Assembly: GCA_964474435.1 (NCBI GenBank)
Contig: CAYYSI010000001.1
Coordinates: forward strand, 62,647 to 126,646
Source of the DNA: an uncultured Candidatus Saccharibacteria bacterium
GTDB lineage: Bacteria > Patescibacteriota > Minisyncoccia > Phycocordibacterales > UBA9973
Direction: 5' to 3'
Length of the DNA stretch: 64,000 nt
Part shown: one piece after another, positions 59,250 through 64,000 of the stretch
How the letters are laid out: each line of letters begins with the position of its first letter
How positions within the stretch are numbered: the first letter of the stretch is position 1
Notes under the pieces: model-generated
What the model saw: only the letters and a program-made list of their open reading frames with translations
Told to the model about the DNA's origin: nothing
Database searches by the model: none
Position numbers and translations under genes: made by a program

Positions 59250-59675
59250 ATGCAAAAAACAGAACTACAAGCTTCTGCTCCTACTCCCGCAAAAACATTG
59301 AAGAAAAAGCATTTTTTCTATAAACAATGCCTCACTTTTGGATATCTCGTATTCTTTTTTCTTGTCGAATGGTATTTATTCAAAGACGCTTCTTTGTGGG
59401 TACAAAACTCTTTGTACTTCATAACATTTGGTATCTTTTGTATTCGGATAAAGGGTATACGCCATGATCAATGGAAATACCTCAATCCCGGACACTTTGA
59501 AAAAGTCCAATCAAAGACCATGCAAGGGACTCTCCAATATCTTGCAATGAAAGAACAACAAGACAAACAAAAAGCAGAAGAAGAAATGCGAAAGGCACAG
59601 ACAAAAAAAGTAGCAGTAGAAATGCCCGCCGAGCCAGAACTTGCTGAAGTAAATTCAGCCGCTCTCCTTAACTAA
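59250..59675 (+). CDS. Hypothetical 2-TM protein
   Basis: TTGACA promoter at 59186; terminator at ~59692-59717. Confidence 0.65.
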   Translation: MQKTELQASAPTPAKTLKKKHFFYKQCLTFGYLVFFFLVEWYLFKDASLWVQNSLYFITFGIFCIRIKGIRHDQWKYLNPGHFEKVQSKTMQGTLQYLAMKEQQDKQKAEEEMRKAQTKKVAVEMPAEPELAEVNSAALLN

Positions 59676-59736
59676 AATATTCATCATTAGAGCCGCGCTA
59701 TCCAATAGTGCGGTTTTCATTTGCTACAATAACCCT

Positions 59737-59982
59737 ATGCACCAAAAACTATGGTTCAAGAGGAAGTCATATGGATGGGGATGGGTACCTGTAACATGGC
59801 AGGGGTGGATAGCTACAGCAGTTTATATTGCTGGAGTATTACTTTTCGCATTTGGAAGAGGAGAAGATAGCAATCTGCTTATATTTGCAGTCCCCACGAT
59901 CATGTGGACCGCGCTCCTGATCTATATTTGTTACAAGAAAGGTGAGAAGCCGAGGTGGCAGTGGGTGAGGGATCGTGAGTAA
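59737..59982 (+). CDS. Small 2-TM membrane protein
   Basis: WFKRKSYGWGWVPVTWQGW and KGEKPRWQW motifs. Confidence 0.8.
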   Translation: MHQKLWFKRKSYGWGWVPVTWQGWIATAVYIAGVLLFAFGRGEDSNLLIFAVPTIMWTALLIYICYKKGEKPRWQWVRDRE

Positions 59983-60055
59983 GTTTTGACAATTTGGGTA
60001 TTGATGCTATAGTTGTAAGGAATCCTCTTTTACTCACCTCCAAAAACTGTGTACC

Positions 60056-60388
60056 ATGACAAAGACTGTATTATTTCTACTCGGCTCAAATCTAAACCTC
60101 ATTCGGTATCAAAAAATCTCAGAGAAACTTAAAAGAAAAGATATTGTAGTTTCTACTGAAATTATCGAAAAAAGCTCTGAAGATGCTGTAGAAAATGAAC
60201 GTCACTATGTTGGAAATAGCCTTATGCGTCCAAATCAAATCATTTTTTACGAGCAGGGCTATAGATGGTTTGGTCTTGAAAATTCACATTGCGGCATGCA
60301 CACCCTTAGCAAGAAAACATCAGCTGGTTTTATCATTACTAAAACAAATATGATACCACAAAAGACAGCTGAAGCTTCTGCCGCTTAA
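60056..60388 (+). CDS. AT-rich hypothetical protein
   Basis: TTGACA(59986)-16-TATAGT; terminator at ~60398-60432. Confidence 0.6.
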   Translation: MTKTVLFLLGSNLNLIRYQKISEKLKRKDIVVSTEIIEKSSEDAVENERHYVGNSLMRPNQIIFYEQGYRWFGLENSHCGMHTLSKKTSAGFIITKTNMIPQKTAEASAA

Positions 60389-60434
60389 ACAACGGTTAAA
60401 ACCCTATTCTTTATACAGAGAATAGGGTTTTTAT

Positions 60435-60607
60435 GTGCACGGTAGAGGGATCTCCCGCGACTCTCAGACGTTGTCTTCGGTCTGGGCACCGCCTCGCGGC
60501 CTGCGGCAACGCTCCGGCGTTCTCTCCCTCACGCATGCAAAGCAGTTTGCATGCTTACCGTGCACCCAATAAAAATGGCCTGTATGAACAGGCTCGTTTT
60601 TAAAGGG
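60435..60607 (-). repeat. tRNA-Val-attached structured element bounded by an 18-bp direct repeat of the tRNA 3' end
   Basis: 60435-60452 equals 60608-60625; 12-bp inverted copy at 60556-60567. Confidence 0.75.
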
Positions 60608-60608
60608 G

Positions 60609-60682
60609 TGCACGGTAGAGGGATCGAACCTCTCACCTCAGCAATGTCAATGCTGCGCTCTAACCATATGAGCTAACCGCGC
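60609..60682 (-). tRNA. tRNA-Val(GAC)
   Basis: GCGCGGT...ACCGTGC; CAGCA-TTGACAT-TGCTG. Confidence 0.95.
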
Positions 60683-60800
60683 GGGTTTTGTAGGGGAAAT
60701 ATAACATATTGTGGTGTAATTGGCGAAGATGGTTGCTTTTTTATAGGAATATGGTATAAATATAGAAACTAATTCATTAACTTCAAAAATTACTTTTATC

Positions 60801-61274
60801 ATGAACTACAAGCAAGCGTCTGTTGTTATTTTTACAATCCCTACAGTGGTACAGATATTTACAAAAGATTTGTTCGGAGGGTGGACATTCATTCCTCTTT
60901 GGGTGTTGAAACAGGTAAAACTTTTTTTAAAAAAAGTACCTATTCATATTAAGCAACTACAAACCGGCACTGATGGAGAAAGTATCAATGTTGAAAGAGA
61001 AGTCATAGTGTTACCATACTTCAATGGATATTATGAAGATATGATGGGGGAAAAGTTCAAATGGAAAGACCCTATTCATCTTTTTGTAAATGATGTTGAT
61101 CAGGAAATATTGCAAAAAACAGATGCTGTGGTATGGGTTTTTACCAGCCAGAAAAACGCCAAGCATATGCTGGAGTTTTTCCAAAGCATAACAACTGAAG
61201 TTTGCATATATAATGACATCGGTGAACATGACACTCACGCAGTCATCAGTCTTCCTATGGAGATTGCAGTGTAA
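60801..61274 (+). CDS. AT-rich hypothetical protein
   Basis: 157 aa ORF between two tRNAs; terminator at ~61286-61313. Confidence 0.65.
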   Translation: MNYKQASVVIFTIPTVVQIFTKDLFGGWTFIPLWVLKQVKLFLKKVPIHIKQLQTGTDGESINVEREVIVLPYFNGYYEDMMGEKFKWKDPIHLFVNDVDQEILQKTDAVVWVFTSQKNAKHMLEFFQSITTEVCIYNDIGEHDTHAVISLPMEIAV

Positions 61275-61350
61275 GCATTTTTTAATGAGCCAAACCTAAA
61301 AGTTGGCTCATTTGATTTTTATACGAAAATTTGTACAATAGTACGCACAT

Positions 61351-61425
61351 GGCCCTATCGTCTAACGGTTAGGACGCCGGCTTTTCAAGCCGTTAATCGG
61401 GGTTCGATTCCCCGTAGGGTCACCA
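61351..61425 (+). tRNA. tRNA-Glu(TTC), CCA encoded
   Basis: GGCCCTA...TAGGGTC-ACCA; CCGGC-TTTTCAA-GCCGT. Confidence 0.95.
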
Positions 61426-61598
61426 CGACAAAACATCCCCATCTGCATGGGGTGTTTTGCTACGTGGTGAAGGCGTAAGCGATGTCGAAGACAAGCGCGC
61501 CGGGGTCGCGAGTACTTAGTCCACGCAGTGCACGAAGTGCATGAGTAGACTTAGTAACTCGTGACACAAACAAATCGCAGTCCCTGGAAGGGGGTCAC
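61426..61598 (+). repeat. tRNA-Glu-attached structured element
   Basis: Inverted copy of tRNA end (CGTGGTGA, 61463-61470); GTCGCGAGT...ACTCGTGAC stem; C-GAA-G hairpins; degenerate direct copy TCCC...GGGTCAC at 61581-61598. Confidence 0.6.
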
Positions 61599-61608
61599 AA
61601 ATACAAAT

Positions 61609-61796
61609 AAAAAAACCTTAGAAAATATCTAAGGTTTCAAAGGTGTGTCGTCCTGTAAAAATACTATTAAATAAAAAACTAAAAAGGGTGCCCTAATGCA
61701 TATGAGTCCCTTGCCTTCATATCCTTAGAAGGAACACCCTTTCTTTTATCCTGTATAAACCTAATGACACTTTAGCACCCTTTACAAATTTGTCAA
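61609..61796 (-). ncRNA. Candidate small non-coding transcription unit
   Basis: TTGACA(61791-61796)-16-TAAAGT; long stem AAAGGGTG...CACCCTTT; terminator 61613-61637. Confidence 0.4.
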
Positions 61797-61797
61797 A

Positions 61798-62739
61798 CTA
61801 TTTACCAGTTTTTAACCAAACGTACAAGTCCTCGATAGCTTTGACAGCATCACCAGCTGCGATGTTGTTTTGGTGGTAGAGACCATTGGTGCAATCACCA
61901 GCTGCCCAGATGCCGAGTTGTTTGGTGCGTTGGTTTATTGGGTCGACGAATATTTTGCCGTCTTGGGTGGGTGGCACGAGGTCTTTGACGAATGCAGTGG
62001 CAGGGATCTGGCCGATCTCGACAAAGAGTCCACTGATAGGGAGCTCTGTTGGTTCTGCAGCGTCTTTTTCGCGGTATACGACAGACGAGACAAATTTGTC
62101 ACCTTTGATTTCCATAAGCTCGATATTTTTCAAAAGGGTGACATTTGGAAGTTTGGAGACATTGTCGACTGTGATTTGGTCAGCACGATATGAGTCGCTG
62201 CGATGGAGGAGAGTGACGTGTGAGGCATACTGTGAGAGCTGCAAAACTGCCTCAAGCGCCGCGTTTCCGCCTCCTGCTACAGCAACGGGCATGCCGCTAA
62301 AGAGTGGGCCGTCACAGGTCGCACAGTACATGATGCCTTTGTGATCAAATTTGTCTGCGCCCAGGACTTCGAGTTTGCGGTGACTTGAGCCAGTAGCTAT
62401 GAGGACACTCTTTGAAGTGATCGTCTCTGTTTCGCCATCGATCGTTGTGACAAATGCATCAGTTACATCTTTGGTAATATTTGAAACTCGTTTGCCAAGC
62501 TTGAGTGTGAGTGTGTGTTCAGGCTTTGCGTATTCTTCGATATGAGTTTTCAGGTTCTTTGCGAGGTCAGAGCCGCTGATTGATGGAGTACCGATCCAGT
62601 TGAAAATAGTGTCAGAGACTGATGACTGACCACCAACTTCTTCTGCGATGAGAAGGGTAGTGATGCGCTTGCGTGCGGCATAGACTGCCGCCGCACATGC
62701 TGCTGGGCCTCCACCGATGATGACGAGTTCGTATTGCAT
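61798..62739 (-). CDS. Thioredoxin reductase/AhpF-like FAD disulfide oxidoreductase
   Basis: IIGGGPAA, CATCDG, GGGNAA, WAAGD. Confidence 0.92.
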   Translation of the reverse strand: MQYELVIIGGGPAACAAAVYAARKRITTLLIAEEVGGQSSVSDTIFNWIGTPSISGSDLAKNLKTHIEEYAKPEHTLTLKLGKRVSNITKDVTDAFVTTIDGETETITSKSVLIATGSSHRKLEVLGADKFDHKGIMYCATCDGPLFSGMPVAVAGGGNAALEAVLQLSQYASHVTLLHRSDSYRADQITVDNVSKLPNVTLLKNIELMEIKGDKFVSSVVYREKDAAEPTELPISGLFVEIGQIPATAFVKDLVPPTQDGKIFVDPINQRTKQLGIWAAGDCTNGLYHQNNIAAGDAVKAIEDLYVWLKTGK

Positions 62740-62766
62740 AGGACTGCATTATACAGGAGCCTCACA

Positions 62767-62872
62767 AAAAAGAAAAAGAGGTATTTGCCGTCGCGTAATT
62801 TCCTGCTGGAAATTCGCTGATACTCGGACCAGGTCGTCCTGCGTAACACGGCAAATACCTCTTTTTCTTTTT
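62767..62872 (-). repeat. Branched palindromic element, copy C
   Basis: 25-bp perfect arms 62767-62791/62848-62872; inner AATTTCC-tgct-GGAAATT and GGAC-caggtc-GTCC. Confidence 0.82.
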
Positions 62873-62886
62873 GTTTGCTTCAGAGA

Positions 62887-64000
62887 CTACTTCTTATTTC
62901 TTCGGAGAAAGGCAGGGATTGCGCCAAAGTTGTCGAGGTCGTCTTCGACGCCTTCGGTATCGGCAAGCTCTGCATCTGCTGGCTTGATCTCAGGCTTCTG
63001 GACCATTGGACGAACTTCTTGGTCAGCTTGCTGGGCTGCGAGTTCTTGTCGGTTAAAGAGGTCGCGACCACTTGGACTAAAGAGTGTGCCTTTCTTGCCG
63101 CTCTCACTTGGGAAGCCTGTCGCGATGACGGTGATCTTCATTTCGCCTTTTTTGATGCGTTCGTCGAGGATGGTACCGATGATGACACGTGCATCTTTAT
63201 CAATTGATTCGGTGATGACCTTTGCAGCGTCTTGGAACTCTGCCATCGTGAGGTCATCGTTACTAGAGATTGCAAACAACACCCCTTTTGCACCGTTGAT
63301 AGAAATGTCGAGGAGTGGAGAGTTGATCGCCTGGATCGCAGCCTTTTCTGCACGGCCGTCGCCACTTGCAAAGCCAACACCCATGAGTGCAGTACCAGCG
63401 TCTGTGAGGACTGATTTCATATCGGCGAAGTCGACGTTGATGATACCAGGAGAGGCGATGAGCTCGGATATTCCTTCAACCGCTTGTCGGAGAACTTCAT
63501 CACATTTTGCAAATGCGTCTTTGAATGTCGTGTCCTTGCCAGCGATTGCGAGGAGTCGATCGTTAGGAATGACGATAATTGCATCAACTTCCTTTTCGAG
63601 CTCTGCAATACCTTGTTCTGCAATGCGCATGCGCTGATTGCCTTCAAAGAAGAATGGCTTGGTGACGACGGCAACGGTGAGGATGCCTTGTTCTTTTGCA
63701 GCACGAGCAACAACTGCAGCAGCGCCTGTTCCAGTTCCGCCTCCCATTCCACACGCGATAAAGACCATGTCCGCACCTTTGACTGCATCCTGGATCTCAG
63801 CTTTTGTTTCTTCTGCAGCGCGAGCACCGAGCTCTGGGTTCATGCCGGCTCCGAGACCTTTGGTCAAGTTTTTGCCGAGGTGGATTTTCTTTTCGGCGAG
63901 AGAGTTGTGCAGATCCTGGACATCGGTGTTCATGGCAACGAATTCAACCGCACGGACTTTGTTTTCCATCATGTGGTTCAAGGCGTTTTTACCAGACCCA
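62887..64000 (-). CDS. ftsZ: Cell division protein FtsZ (5' end outside window)
   Basis: GMGGGTGTG, INVDFAD, C-terminal IPAFLRR. Confidence 0.97.
   Translation of the reverse strand, partial: GSGKNALNHMMENKVRAVEFVAMNTDVQDLHNSLAEKKIHLGKNLTKGLGAGMNPELGARAAEETKAEIQDAVKGADMVFIACGMGGGTGTGAAAVVARAAKEQGILTVAVVTKPFFFEGNQRMRIAEQGIAELEKEVDAIIVIPNDRLLAIAGKDTTFKDAFAKCDEVLRQAVEGISELIASPGIINVDFADMKSVLTDAGTALMGVGFASGDGRAEKAAIQAINSPLLDISINGAKGVLFAISSNDDLTMAEFQDAAKVITESIDKDARVIIGTILDERIKKGEMKITVIATGFPSESGKKGTLFSPSGRDLFNRQELAAQQADQEVRPMVQKPEIKPADAELADTEGVEDDLDNFGAIPAFLRRNKK

Noticed and set aside
61769-61780. CIRCE (HrcA) operator suggested by TTAGCAC/GTGCTAA here and at 3714
   Set aside because: Only half-sites are present, and they coincide with extended -10 boxes
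20170-62872. Palindromic elements as integron attC sites
   Set aside because: They lack RYYYAAC/GTTRRRY ends, do not flank the AT-rich ORFs consistently, and no intI is present
62767-62872. Element C as a simple intrinsic terminator
   Set aside because: It has A/T-rich ends and may also terminate ftsZ transcription, but the ~56 nt branched interior shared with other copies is not explained by a terminator
1-64000. CRISPR array, rRNA, prophage, IS transposase, integrase, or reverse transcriptase (DGR/retron)
   Set aside because: No regularly spaced repeat-spacer series and no ORF with the relevant motifs was seen
1-64000. Alternative genetic code (TGA=Gly, as in Gracilibacteria/Absconditabacteria)
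   Set aside because: Core genes are full-length under code 11 and TGA ends genes such as uvrC and tsf

Overview
A 64 kb piece of bacterial chromosome, most likely from a Patescibacteria (CPR)/Parcubacteria organism using genetic code 11. This is inferred from the streamlined ProRS, ValRS and UvrC, a stand-alone SWIB protein, a DUF5671-type membrane protein and the scarcity of Shine-Dalgarno sites. The backbone is housekeeping: rpoD (3' end), rpsB-tsf, proS, mreBC, tgt, uvrB/uvrA/nth/uvrC, a ddl-like ligase, leuS, murJ, lepA, valS, tsaD, a trxB-like reductase, ftsZ (3' part) and five tRNAs. There is one ~9 kb defence island: Fic plus a type I RM system carrying a TM gene, a HEPN-like gene and a PD-(D/E)XK gene. 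Three layers are not explained by ordinary annotation. (1) A dispersed family of ~80-175 bp branched palindromes with variable arms and conserved inner loops. Most of their mismatches become G-T wobbles or tandem G-A pairs on one strand only. One sits in frame inside uvrA and two related ones are attached to tRNA 3' ends. (2) Many AT-rich single-gene units, several with their own TTGACA promoter and/or terminator, plus four promoter-terminator units with no credible ORF (candidate sRNAs). (3) Pervasive apparently leaderless core genes. All coordinates and pairings were read by eye; no database searches were run.
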